Below, piece after piece: positions 38,901 to 48,326 of a stretch of 64,000 nt of DNA. A program made the position numbers and the translations under genes. A model generated the notes under the pieces. That model was not told the DNA's origin and ran no database searches. It was given only the letters and a program-made list of their open reading frames with translations. The stretch is from Candidatus Cloacimonadales bacterium (GTDB lineage: Bacteria > Cloacimonadota > Cloacimonadia > Cloacimonadales > DAONDQ01): positions 896,001 through 960,000 of the forward strand of contig OY759316.1 in the NCBI GenBank assembly GCA_963662275.1, read 5' to 3'. How positions within the stretch are numbered: the first letter of the stretch is position 1; each line of letters begins with the position of its first letter.

Positions 38901-39605
38901 ATGAGCAAATTTGCCGTGATCGGTTTAGGGAAATTTGGGACAACAGTGGCAACCACTCTTTTTGAAAATGGAGTTGAAGTCTTGGTCATCGATAAAGATG
39001 AAAGAGCTGTCGAGGAAATCAAGGATCGTGTGACGGCTGCTATCATCATGGATTCAACCGATGAATATTCAGTTAAACAACTGGGTTTGGAAAATATGGA
39101 CGCTGTAATTCTTGCCCTCGGGAGTAACATCCAGGAAAGTATTCTTACCAGTGCGATACTTAAGAAACTGGGTGTCGGTAAGATCTATGCCAAGGTCGAA
39201 ACCCATTTACATGGTCGTATCCTGGAGTTGATAGGAGTGCAGAATATCCTGTTTCCTGAAGAAATGGTTGGTGTTCAGTTGGCAAAGACTCTTCTTTCGC
39301 GTAATATTTTGGAATATGTGAACTTGTCATCGGGACATATCATGCTGGAAATGGTGGCTCCGCGGAGTTTTGTAGGTCAGAATTTACAGGATTTGGCATT
39401 ACCTATGAAACGAGGCATTAATGTAATTGCCATTAAATATAATAAACTTGCTGTCACCGAAGATGGTAAAAATGTCATAGAAAGGAAAATGAATGATATG
39501 CCTGGAGCTAGTGATATCATAAATGAGGGAGATGTTCTGATTTTATTGGGACCCCAGGCTAAGATTAATCAATTGATCAATGAAACATCCAAGGAAAGGG
39601 ACTAA
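38901..39605 (+). CDS. Trk/Ktr RCK regulatory subunit (TrkA/KtrA family)
   Basis: AVIGLGKFG Rossmann motif; TrkA-C domain. Confidence 0.93.
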   Translation: MSKFAVIGLGKFGTTVATTLFENGVEVLVIDKDERAVEEIKDRVTAAIIMDSTDEYSVKQLGLENMDAVILALGSNIQESILTSAILKKLGVGKIYAKVETHLHGRILELIGVQNILFPEEMVGVQLAKTLLSRNILEYVNLSSGHIMLEMVAPRSFVGQNLQDLALPMKRGINVIAIKYNKLAVTEDGKNVIERKMNDMPGASDIINEGDVLILLGPQAKINQLINETSKERD

Positions 39606-39608
39606 ATT

Positions 39609-40382
39609 ATGTGGAAGGATTCCTTTACTTCCAGGTTACGGATATTTTTGGCATTATTCATGCTTCTTATCATCGTTGAGGCAGGCTTAATCATATCTAC
39701 TGCTAATAGCTCCAGTAACATAATTCAACTTACAAATGACATCCAGAATCTTGTGTATATATTTCTGTTTCTGATTTTTCTGTTTACCGTCATGTTGTTT
39801 TTCTATATTCCATTGTTGCTGCATCGGAAATTGAAAGAGATTCATTATTTGTTAAGGGAAATTACGGAAGGAAATTATCATCCTGAAATTGATTTGAAGA
39901 AATTCGACCAAGACAAAGAATTCCTGGAATTTGTAGTGGCTATTAGGAAAATGCTGCAAGTGGTAGTAAAATTCGATCAGTTAAAAGCTGAAAAAATTAC
40001 GGAACATAACAACCGTATCCTGGGATTATTAAATCTTGCATCGAACGGATTTATGATTATTGCTGAATCTGGAGATGTAATCTATGCAAATGATCTGATC
40101 AAAAATAATTATGTTGAATTTAAGGCGAATCAGAATTTTTTCGATGATATCTTTTCAAGTGATATCGAAACTTCAATCAAACCTTATGTGATTGAAATAT
40201 TACGTTCCGGTTCAAAAGGAAAGGATTTAGTTATTCATTCTGAGATAAAGAATCTGGAAATCTCCGTGAAAAGCTATATTGTACGTGATGAGGCTGGTGA
40301 GCCAATGGGCACAGTCGTAGCACTCTACGGGCTTCCAGAAATTCATGAAAAAGCAAAAGAAAAACCACGGAATCAGATGTGA
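39609..40382 (+). CDS. Membrane protein with two TM helices, HAMP-like and PAS-like domains
   Basis: Two hydrophobic helices, EITEGNY HAMP-like segment, GDVIYAN and RDEAGEPMG PAS/PAC-like motifs. Confidence 0.6.
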   Translation: MWKDSFTSRLRIFLALFMLLIIVEAGLIISTANSSSNIIQLTNDIQNLVYIFLFLIFLFTVMLFFYIPLLLHRKLKEIHYLLREITEGNYHPEIDLKKFDQDKEFLEFVVAIRKMLQVVVKFDQLKAEKITEHNNRILGLLNLASNGFMIIAESGDVIYANDLIKNNYVEFKANQNFFDDIFSSDIETSIKPYVIEILRSGSKGKDLVIHSEIKNLEISVKSYIVRDEAGEPMGTVVALYGLPEIHEKAKEKPRNQM

Positions 40383-41347
40383 TCATTCGATATGAATTGG
40401 ATCGAGCGGAAAGGATCGATAAATATCTTTATTCCTTAGGATTAGAGGAATTTTATTCCCGAATGCAAATTCAACGATTGTTAGATGAGAAACGTATTCT
40501 CGTTAATGGAAATCCTATCAAAAAGAGCTATTTACTAGATTTTGAAGATAGTATAGAAATCATCTTTCCTGAACCTCGTTCTGTTGAACTGGAGCCGGAG
40601 GATATTCCCATAGAAGTTATCTTTGAGGATCAATATTTAGCGATTATCAATAAACAAGCCGGATTAGTTGTTCATCCAGGTCATGGGAATGAATCTCATA
40701 CTTTGGTAAATGCCTTAATTCATCATTTCCATGAAAACCTTTCTGCCGGCAGTCACCCTGCCCGTCCTGGTATTGTCCATCGGCTTGATGTAGGGACATC
40801 CGGTTTACTTATCATAGCCAAGGACGACTCCACACATGTACGTCTGTCACATATGTTTCAGCAGCATCAAGTACAAAAGCATTACCTGGCAATTGTGGTG
40901 GGAACACCTGACCCTCTAAAGGGAACGATAGAAAGTTTTCTTCACCGTTCTCCCAAGAATCCGATAAAAATGGAAATAGGTCTATCAGGTAGATGGTCGG
41001 TTACGGGCTACGAAGTTTCATCCATCTTCCAGCATTTTGCTGTGGTGAATGTTTTTCCCTCTACAGGGCGGATGCACCAGATACGAGTACATCTAGCCTG
41101 GAAACATCATCCCATATTAGGTGATCCCTTATATGGCGGTACAGATGCCTTGCTGTCTTATTTATCCCATGAGATGCATCGTAAAGTGAAAGCGCTGTAT
41201 CATCATCTTGGTCGACAAGCACTTCATGCATATCGGCTTGAATTCATACATCCCTGTACAGGAGAGAAGATGGTCTTCGAAGCTCCTGTTCCAGCAGATA
41301 TGGCATACTGCCTCGATTGGTTGACATTAAATGATAATCTTTGTTGA
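40379..41347 (+). CDS. RluA/RluD-family pseudouridine synthase
   Basis: S4 domain, NKQAGLVVHP, VHRLD, TGRMHQIRVH. Confidence 0.93.
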   Translation: MIIRYELDRAERIDKYLYSLGLEEFYSRMQIQRLLDEKRILVNGNPIKKSYLLDFEDSIEIIFPEPRSVELEPEDIPIEVIFEDQYLAIINKQAGLVVHPGHGNESHTLVNALIHHFHENLSAGSHPARPGIVHRLDVGTSGLLIIAKDDSTHVRLSHMFQQHQVQKHYLAIVVGTPDPLKGTIESFLHRSPKNPIKMEIGLSGRWSVTGYEVSSIFQHFAVVNVFPSTGRMHQIRVHLAWKHHPILGDPLYGGTDALLSYLSHEMHRKVKALYHHLGRQALHAYRLEFIHPCTGEKMVFEAPVPADMAYCLDWLTLNDNLC

Positions 41348-41398
41348 CAGGAACACTGGATTGTGCATATTCAAGAAAAACATTAACAGGATATTAGG

Positions 41399-42607
41399 AT
41401 GAATAACAAATTTGCCTCGATAGAACAAGCGATTGATGATATTCGTAACGGTAAGATAATCTTGGTGGTTGATGATGAAAATCGTGAGAATGAAGGTGAT
41501 TTTTTAACAGCAGCAGATCTCATTACACCTGAGAAGATCAATTTTATGATTACCTATGGCAAGGGTCTGGTTTGTGTGCCTATGCAAGCGGAGAGATTGG
41601 AAGCCTTAAATATCTCCCTGATGACAGATGATATCACCGAAAGACATGGTACAAAATTCACAATTTCTGTAGATGCAAAAAAAGGTACTACTACCGGTAT
41701 TTCTGCCAAAGATAGGTCATTAACCATTAAAAAGCTTGCAGATCCAACGAGTACACAAGCTGACTTTATGAAACCGGGTCATATATTTCCTTTAATTGCA
41801 GAAAAAGGTGGTGTTTTAAGACGTGCCGGACATACGGAAGCAACTATTGACCTGGTTACTATGGCTGGTTTGAATCCTATCGGAGTCATCTGTGAAGTCA
41901 TCAAGGATGATGGTGAAATGGCACGATTATCGGAGTTAGAAGAAATTGCAGATAAATTCGATATTCATATCATTTCCATTGAGCAATTGATTCAATTTAG
42001 GCAGCATAGGGAGAAATTAGTAGAAATGGTAACCGAAGCTGAGCTTCCTACAGAATTTGGAGAATTCAAAATTTATACTTATCAAAGCAAAGTATCAGAT
42101 GAATTCCACATTGCTTTAGTATTAGGAGATATCCGGAAGCAGGAGAGTGTCTTGGTTCGGGTTCATTCGGAATGTTTGACAGGTGATGCCTTGTTTTCAC
42201 GCAGATGTGATTGTGGTTCTCAGTTATATTGTTCTTTTGAAATGATTTCGGATGAAGGAGTGGGTGTCATTCTTTATATGAAGCAAGAGGGCAGAGGCAT
42301 TGGTTTGCTAAATAAGATACGTGCTTATCATCTCCAGGATCATGGTCGGGATACCGTACAGGCAAATCTGGAATTGGGTTTATCCGAAGACCTGCGCGAT
42401 TATGGTATTGGTGCCCAAATATTGAAAGATTTGGGACTGCATAAGATCAGACTGCTGACTAATAATCCCAAGAAGATTGTCGGTTTGCAAGGTTATGGAC
42501 TGGAAATTGTGGGAAGAGTTCCCATAGAAATAGAACCGAATGACGTAAATCGTTTCTACCTTGAAACCAAGAAGAAAAAAATGGGGCATATACTTGATGA
42601 AGTATAA
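41399..42607 (+). CDS. ribBA: Bifunctional DHBP synthase / GTP cyclohydrolase II
   Basis: [45 protein letters not shown]. Confidence 0.96.
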   Translation: MNNKFASIEQAIDDIRNGKIILVVDDENRENEGDFLTAADLITPEKINFMITYGKGLVCVPMQAERLEALNISLMTDDITERHGTKFTISVDAKKGTTTGISAKDRSLTIKKLADPTSTQADFMKPGHIFPLIAEKGGVLRRAGHTEATIDLVTMAGLNPIGVICEVIKDDGEMARLSELEEIADKFDIHIISIEQLIQFRQHREKLVEMVTEAELPTEFGEFKIYTYQSKVSDEFHIALVLGDIRKQESVLVRVHSECLTGDALFSRRCDCGSQLYCSFEMISDEGVGVILYMKQEGRGIGLLNKIRAYHLQDHGRDTVQANLELGLSEDLRDYGIGAQILKDLGLHKIRLLTNNPKKIVGLQGYGLEIVGRVPIEIEPNDVNRFYLETKKKKMGHILDEV

Positions 42608-43343
42608 AATCATATTTCTTTTGTTATTTGTAAGCTGTTTCTTATATTTATCAGCAGCAGATTTTCCCAAACCAACAGGTTGGGTAAATGACTTTTCAGG
42701 TAAGCTTTCTACCCAATTGATTGATGACCTAACAAGTAAGATAACTGAATTAAAAGAAAAGACGAATGTAGAAATTGCCGTGGCAATTCTACCTGATATT
42801 GGCGGTAGAGATTATAATGAAGCTGCTGTTAAATTATTCAGGGAATGGGGCGTTGGGAATAAGGACAATGAAGGCGTTCTTATCTTAGTTGCAGTCCAGG
42901 AACGAAAAATCAAGATTGAAGTAGGCTATGGCTCTGAAGGCTATGTTACAGATCTTATTTCCAACCAGGTCTACCAGTTAGTTGCTCAAAGCCTGAGCAC
43001 AGGTGCTTATGATACAGGGATATCGAATGGAGTTAATGCTTTGCTTTCAGTGATAGCAACTGAAAAAGGAGTATCTCTTGAAGGTGTATCAGCATACAAC
43101 GCAAATCAGGGAAAAGATAGAACCAGAAACTCCAAGTATGGTTCAATCCTTTTATTAATTATTTTTATTTTTCTCATGATCATTACTCGGGGAAGAATCC
43201 TCATCTGGTTACTGCTATTCTCCAACTTTGGAGGTGGCGGACGTCGAGGTGGTGGTTTTGGTGACGGAAGCGGAGGTTTTGGTGGCTTCGGTGGATTTGG
43301 TGGAGGCAGCTCTGGTGGCGGTGGTGCAGGAGGAGGTTTCTAA
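42597..43343 (+). CDS. TPM-domain membrane protein with Gly-rich tail
   Basis: [20 protein letters not shown] helix, FGGG.SGGGGA tail. Confidence 0.9.
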   Translation: MKYKIIFLLLFVSCFLYLSAADFPKPTGWVNDFSGKLSTQLIDDLTSKITELKEKTNVEIAVAILPDIGGRDYNEAAVKLFREWGVGNKDNEGVLILVAVQERKIKIEVGYGSEGYVTDLISNQVYQLVAQSLSTGAYDTGISNGVNALLSVIATEKGVSLEGVSAYNANQGKDRTRNSKYGSILLLIIFIFLMIITRGRILIWLLLFSNFGGGGRRGGGFGDGSGGFGGFGGFGGGSSGGGGAGGGF

Positions 43344-43933
43344 TGACTTTTCTGTTTATTTTTTTAAAAGGATTGCTTTTCATCGTTTGCAACATGTTGG
43401 TTGCATTTATCCTAGTTTATGCATTTAAAATGATTCTCTTCAGACCTAAACCCATTAAATTCTTTGGGAAGAAAATTCCAATAACGCAAGGTTATCTTGT
43501 TCGGAAGAGAAATTGGGTGTTTTACAAACTGAGATTACTGTTGAATGATTATCTTCACCAAGCCCAGGATGAATCTTATCCTGATGGCTATCTGAAACGA
43601 TGGGAGCAGAACATTCATGATGCTGTCATGGATAAGATCATTAGCATGGGAGAATTGAACTTCCTTCCCCGCAAGTGGCGGGATAAACTATCAAATCTCA
43701 TTGCCAATGCTGTTTTAAATCTTGTGAAGCAGTTCTTACATAAATTTGTCCCTTTTGTCATTTCAACATATCATCTGCATTCTTATATTGATCTCCTGGA
43801 TAAAAAGCTTGATATTGATATTCTGATTCATTATTTCAATAGATTTATTTATAAGCCTGTATTGTATATATTCTTGGCGATCTCATTCCTGATTGGTTTA
43901 GGAAATATGATTCTCTTCTGGATACTTGCATGA
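43343..43933 (+). CDS. Hypothetical membrane protein (possibly DUF445-like)
   Basis: N- and C-terminal TM helices; LFRP...KIP..QG. Confidence 0.6.
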   Translation: MTFLFIFLKGLLFIVCNMLVAFILVYAFKMILFRPKPIKFFGKKIPITQGYLVRKRNWVFYKLRLLLNDYLHQAQDESYPDGYLKRWEQNIHDAVMDKIISMGELNFLPRKWRDKLSNLIANAVLNLVKQFLHKFVPFVISTYHLHSYIDLLDKKLDIDILIHYFNRFIYKPVLYIFLAISFLIGLGNMILFWILA

Positions 43934-45338
43934 TAATAGAATAAACATGAGTGTCGTAAGAGATTTAACGAAAGGACCAATTCTATCTGAATTATTGTAC
44001 CTTTCTTTCCCGATCATGCTCACGATGTTCATCCAGATGATGTATAATTTTACGGATATGATCTGGATCGGCAGGCTTGGCAGCGGACCTGTTGCTGCAG
44101 TTGGCACAGCAGGATTCTTTCTCTGGTTTTGTAATGCTATCATGTACACCACTAAAACCGGTGCGGAAGTGGGAGTATCTCAATCTGCAGGTAAAAAAGA
44201 TATAGAAGGAGAAAAAGCCTTTTCTCGAAATTCAGTACGGCTTGCTTTCTATCTTGCAGTATTCTTTGGAATTTGTCTTTATGTCTTTGCAAAGCCATTG
44301 CTGGGTTTCTTTCATCTCGGATTATCAGAGAACGGTTATAATGCTACAACAAATGGGATCAAGTATTTAAGGATTGTATCGACAGGTACGATCTTCCTTT
44401 TTCTCAATCCTACATTTTCAGGCATATTTAATGCCCTTGGTAATAGCAAACTGCCTTTTCAATATAATGTGACTGGACTGATTATCAATGCAGTTCTCGA
44501 TCCTCTTCTCATTTATGGTATTGGTCCTTTTCCCCGTTTAGAGGTCGGTGGGGCAGCTATTGCTACCGTATTTGCTCAATTTGTTGTGTTTATTCTTTTC
44601 TATTTGCGATTTCATGGTAAGAAATCACCTTTACATTTTGGTTTCTTCATAGGTAGATTGCAAAAAAAGTATGTTCGTACCATACTCAAGTTTGGAAGTC
44701 CTGTAGCGATTCAGAGTGCACTTTTTGCTTTCATAGCCATGATCATAGCTCGCATTCTTTCTTCATGGGGTCCTATACCTATTGCTGTGCAACGGGTAGG
44801 TTCACAAATCGAAGCAATTTCTTGGATGACTGCCGGTGGATTTGCAACTGCTTTATCAGCCTTTACAGGTCAGAATTATGGAGCAAGTGAATATAAACGA
44901 ATTCGTAAGGGATACATGGCTGCCATGGGCGTTATGGGAATTGTTGGATTATTAGCTAGTATTGCGCTCATCGTGTTCCCAAGATTTATCTTCCATATCT
45001 TCATCCAGGAAGAACAGACAGTGAAACTGGGGATTGATTATCTGCGTATCCTGGGCTATTCACAGCTTTTCATGTGCATTGAAATCACTTCTGGTGGTGC
45101 TTTCAACGGTTTAGGTAAAGCTTATATCCCTGCCATTGTCAGCATTTCATTGAATACTCTCAGAATACCATTAGCGATAATTCTTTCAGCAAAAACCTTA
45201 CTGGGCTTGAATGGCATTTGGTGGAGCGTGAGTTCCACCAGTATCGTGAAAGGTGTTCTGCTATTTGTGTGGTTTGGTATCTTCTTGAAAGCATTTACGT
45301 TGAGAAAGCAGAGAAGCGCAGTACATCTTTCCTGCTGA
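43926..45338 (+). CDS. MATE-family efflux transporter
   Basis: DLTKGPI, YNFTDMIWIGRLG, NAVLDPLLI, GQNYGA. Confidence 0.93.
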   Translation: MHDNRINMSVVRDLTKGPILSELLYLSFPIMLTMFIQMMYNFTDMIWIGRLGSGPVAAVGTAGFFLWFCNAIMYTTKTGAEVGVSQSAGKKDIEGEKAFSRNSVRLAFYLAVFFGICLYVFAKPLLGFFHLGLSENGYNATTNGIKYLRIVSTGTIFLFLNPTFSGIFNALGNSKLPFQYNVTGLIINAVLDPLLIYGIGPFPRLEVGGAAIATVFAQFVVFILFYLRFHGKKSPLHFGFFIGRLQKKYVRTILKFGSPVAIQSALFAFIAMIIARILSSWGPIPIAVQRVGSQIEAISWMTAGGFATALSAFTGQNYGASEYKRIRKGYMAAMGVMGIVGLLASIALIVFPRFIFHIFIQEEQTVKLGIDYLRILGYSQLFMCIEITSGGAFNGLGKAYIPAIVSISLNTLRIPLAIILSAKTLLGLNGIWWSVSSTSIVKGVLLFVWFGIFLKAFTLRKQRSAVHLSC

Positions 45339-45355
45339 TCTGTGTTTTCATGAAA

Positions 45356-45574
45356 AGTAGGGGACCGCGTCAGCAGACCCATTTTCTTTTCATAAGTACT
45401 TCGACCTTCGCGCTTTCAGGAAAGGTTCTGCTGACGCAGACCCATTTTCTTTTCATAAGTACTTCGACCTTCGCGCTTTCAGGAAAGGGTCTGCTGACGC
45501 GGACCTATTTTCTTTTCATAAGTACTTCGACCTTCGCGCTTTCAGGAAAGGGTCTGCTGACGCGGACCCCTACT
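45356..45574. repeat. 63-bp tandem repeat (3 copies) enclosed by an inverted GTAG-type REP pair
   Basis: Units offset 45381/45444/45507; AGTAGGGGACCGCGTCAGCAGACCC versus GGGTCTGCTGACGCGGACCCCTACT. Confidence 0.9.
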
Positions 45575-47323
45575 TGGATAAAACTGGTTCATTAAGTCAA
45601 GTTTGTGCAATTTATGAAGAGCTTCCATTACATATTTTTTATTATCCGGCATAAACCACTGAGCAAGAGCTTTTTGCAATCTGATTTCACGTCCTTTAGG
45701 TACATGCATAGGTTTCCCTGTATCCCAATCCAGTCCGGTATAATACATGCACGTGCTTAAAGTCATCGGAGTTGGCGTAAATTCCTGTATCTGTTCCAGT
45801 CGAATCTCATGATTCATGAGATAGAGAGCCAGATCAAGTCCTTCTTTCAGTCCAGAACCCGGATGCCCCACGATGATATAGGGAATCACCACTTGGTTCT
45901 TATTTTGCTTCTTAGCAGCTTGATGGAACTTTTCACAAAACGACTCATATACAGAGATATCAGGCTTACCCATAGCTTTCAGAACATCCGGATGACTATG
46001 CTCAGGTGCAAGTTTTAGGTGTCCGCCCACATAAGAGGAAGCTAAATCGGCGATATACTCATCTTCAGATAAGGAAAGATCAAAGCGGATTCCGGATGCA
46101 ATGAAAAGATGCTTCACATGTGGATTGGATTTGGCTGCAAGAATCATATTCTGTTGGGCTGTGTGATTCTTATTCAACAAAGAGCAGATATCGGGGTAAA
46201 GACAGGAGTCACGTTTGCAGCTTCGTTCTATGTGCTTCGTACAATACATCCCATACATATTGGCAGACGGACCGCCAACATCACTCACCGTTCCCTTAAA
46301 GTAAGCGTGCTTAGAAATTCCATCAATTTCATGAAGAATTGAGTTCTTTGATCGTGACTGTATTTGTTTTCCCTGGTGATAACCTATCGTACAGAATCGA
46401 CAACTGCCAAAACAACCCCGATGGGAAGTAATCGAATCACATATCTGGACAAATGCCGGTATCTTAGCTTTACCATAGGATGGATGAGGTTTTCTTAGGA
46501 AAGGAAGTGCGTAGATTGTATCTATCTCCATTTCTGTAAGGGGTTCTGGAGGAGGATTGTGTTTCAGGAAACGACCGGCAAAAGGTTGATAGATAGCTTT
46601 TTGCTGATAGTTTTCATGAAAGAGCTTAGACATTTCATAGAATCCAACGGGTTCGATCACACTATCTAGAGGCGGTAATAAAATTGAAACGTCACTATCT
46701 ATTTCTTTAACTGTTATGACTGTTCCGGCTATATTAGATAACTCGCTGCACTTTTTACCTGCATCAAGTCCATAGGCTATCTCATGAATCGGTTTTTCCC
46801 CCATGCCATAGACAAGAATATCAGCTTTTGAATCGAGAAGTATGGAATTACGAACCTTGTCTGACCAATAGTCATAATGAGGTATACGTCTCATGGATGC
46901 TTCTATTCCACCTAGTATTACAGGGACTGATTTGAATAGTCTTTTCAGTATCTGAGTATAGATAATATCAGCTCTATCCGGACGAAGTCCCATTTTTCCA
47001 TCGGGTGAATAGGCATCATGGGATCTGATCTTTTTTTGAGCTGTGTAATGGTTGATCATCGAATCCATATTACCGGATGTTACGCCAAAGAATAGGCGAG
47101 GAGTACCACATTTCTGAAAATCAGTGTCTGATTTCCAATCAGGTTGCGCAATTACTCCAACTTTCAAGCCTAAAGATTCCAAATATCTGCCAATGATGGC
47201 AGTTCCAAAGCTTGGATGATCCACATAGGCATCACCGGAAACAAGTATAATATCGCATTGTTTCCAACCAAGCTGTTTCATTTCATCAGCGTTCATGGGT
47301 AAAAAGCAAGTGCTAGTTTTCAT
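45542..47323 (-). CDS. YgiQ-family radical SAM protein
   Basis: GDAYVDHPSFG, RGCFGSCRFC, DVGGPSANMY, LKLAPEH, FTPTPMT. Confidence 0.93.
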   Translation of the reverse strand: MKTSTCFLPMNADEMKQLGWKQCDIILVSGDAYVDHPSFGTAIIGRYLESLGLKVGVIAQPDWKSDTDFQKCGTPRLFFGVTSGNMDSMINHYTAQKKIRSHDAYSPDGKMGLRPDRADIIYTQILKRLFKSVPVILGGIEASMRRIPHYDYWSDKVRNSILLDSKADILVYGMGEKPIHEIAYGLDAGKKCSELSNIAGTVITVKEIDSDVSILLPPLDSVIEPVGFYEMSKLFHENYQQKAIYQPFAGRFLKHNPPPEPLTEMEIDTIYALPFLRKPHPSYGKAKIPAFVQICDSITSHRGCFGSCRFCTIGYHQGKQIQSRSKNSILHEIDGISKHAYFKGTVSDVGGPSANMYGMYCTKHIERSCKRDSCLYPDICSLLNKNHTAQQNMILAAKSNPHVKHLFIASGIRFDLSLSEDEYIADLASSYVGGHLKLAPEHSHPDVLKAMGKPDISVYESFCEKFHQAAKKQNKNQVVIPYIIVGHPGSGLKEGLDLALYLMNHEIRLEQIQEFTPTPMTLSTCMYYTGLDWDTGKPMHVPKGREIRLQKALAQWFMPDNKKYVMEALHKLHKLDLMNQFYPSRGPRQQTLS

Positions 47324-47346
47324 ATATGATACCTAAATTGGATAAT

Positions 47347-47378
47347 AAAAAAAGGTAAAGAAAAAACTCTTTACCTTT
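47347..47378 (-). terminator. Intrinsic terminator downstream of the cold-shock gene
   Basis: AAAGGTAAAGA/TCTTTACCTTT stem with U-tract on the minus strand. Confidence 0.65.
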
Positions 47379-47397
47379 CAAAATTTTATCTAACAAA

Positions 47398-47619
47398 TTA
47401 ATTCTGATTTGGTATCCTCATTACGTTGATGGCTTGTACACCTTTATCGGTTTGTAATAAATCGAATTGAACTTCTTCATCCTGTTCGAGTACTTTCAGA
47501 TCCATGGGTGAACTTGTTACGATTGATTTCCAATGAACAAAGTATTCCAAATTATCATCTGTAACTATGAACCCATAACCTTTGTTGGTATTAAACCATT
47601 TAACTGTTCCTTTCATCAT
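47398..47619 (-). CDS. Cold-shock domain protein
   Basis: KGTVKWFN..KGYGFI, FVH. Confidence 0.92.
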   Translation of the reverse strand: MMKGTVKWFNTNKGYGFIVTDDNLEYFVHWKSIVTSSPMDLKVLEQDEEVQFDLLQTDKGVQAINVMRIPNQN

Positions 47620-47707
47620 ACCTCTTCTTTTTTCTGATCTCTGATTAATCATATATGTCAATTTTGTTATACTACTTACTTCGTCAATATAATACTTGGA
47701 ACTTAAG

Positions 47708-47782
47708 TAGAGACGCCCAGGTTGGGCATCTTCACATGCCTGTGTTGGTTTTTTTCTAGACGCCCAGGTTGGGCGTCTCTAC
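47708..47782. repeat. GTAG-type REP doublet (GTAGAGACGCCCAGGTTGGGC...); related single copy at 53442-53468
   Basis: Two inverted GACGCCC..GGGCGTC hairpins. Confidence 0.75.
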
Positions 47783-47802
47783 TCCTATTAATTGACACCA
47801 AG

Positions 47803-47901
47803 TTCATTCCTGTTTCAATCCTGTTTCATTCCTGTTTCATTCCTGTTTCATTCCTGTTTGGAGAAATTGGAATGAGACTGGTTTGGACTTGGTTTGGACT
47901 T
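47803..47901. repeat. 11-bp tandem repeats (TTCATTCCTGT x5, then GGTTTGGACTT-like x3)
   Basis: Units at 47803-47857 and 47869-47901. Confidence 0.8.
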
Positions 47902-47986
47902 GCTATTATTTTGGTAGAAATAAGGGGGAATCAGAGAGACCCCCCTATACTTCGACTTCGCTCCCTTCTCAAGGGGGGGATTGCAT

Positions 47987-48154
47987 CTGTACGCTGTACG
48001 CTGTACCCTGTACGCTGTACGCTGTACGCTGTATCCTGTACCCTGTACGCTGTACCCTGTACGCTGTACGCTGTACGCTGTACCCTGTACGCTGTACGCT
48101 GTACCCTGTACGCTGTACGCTGTACTCTGTACCCTGTACCCTGTACGCTGTACG
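47987..48154. repeat. Heptamer tandem repeat CTGTAC(G/C) x24
   Basis: 168 bp, 24 units counted. Confidence 0.97.
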
Positions 48155-48326
48155 CTATTTTTTACTGAGATAAGAAAAAAAATTATTGACACACTAACAA
48201 GCAAAACCGAAAATCAGTAATCAGTAGTTGACCCAGCGAAATATTCTTGAAATGATGTGATAGATAATGATTTACTCTACATATCATAAATAGAGACAAA
48301 AAAAACTCAAAGAAAGAGGGGGTACA

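Noticed and set aside
45376..45570. CRISPR array, or real protein from ORF 45218-45595
   Set aside because: Pure 63-bp tandem repeat without spacers; the ORF is a translation of the repeat and overlaps MATE and YgiQ.
47722..48220. ORFs with CTLYAVR/VQRTAY repeats
   Set aside because: Artefacts of the heptamer tract being open in several frames.
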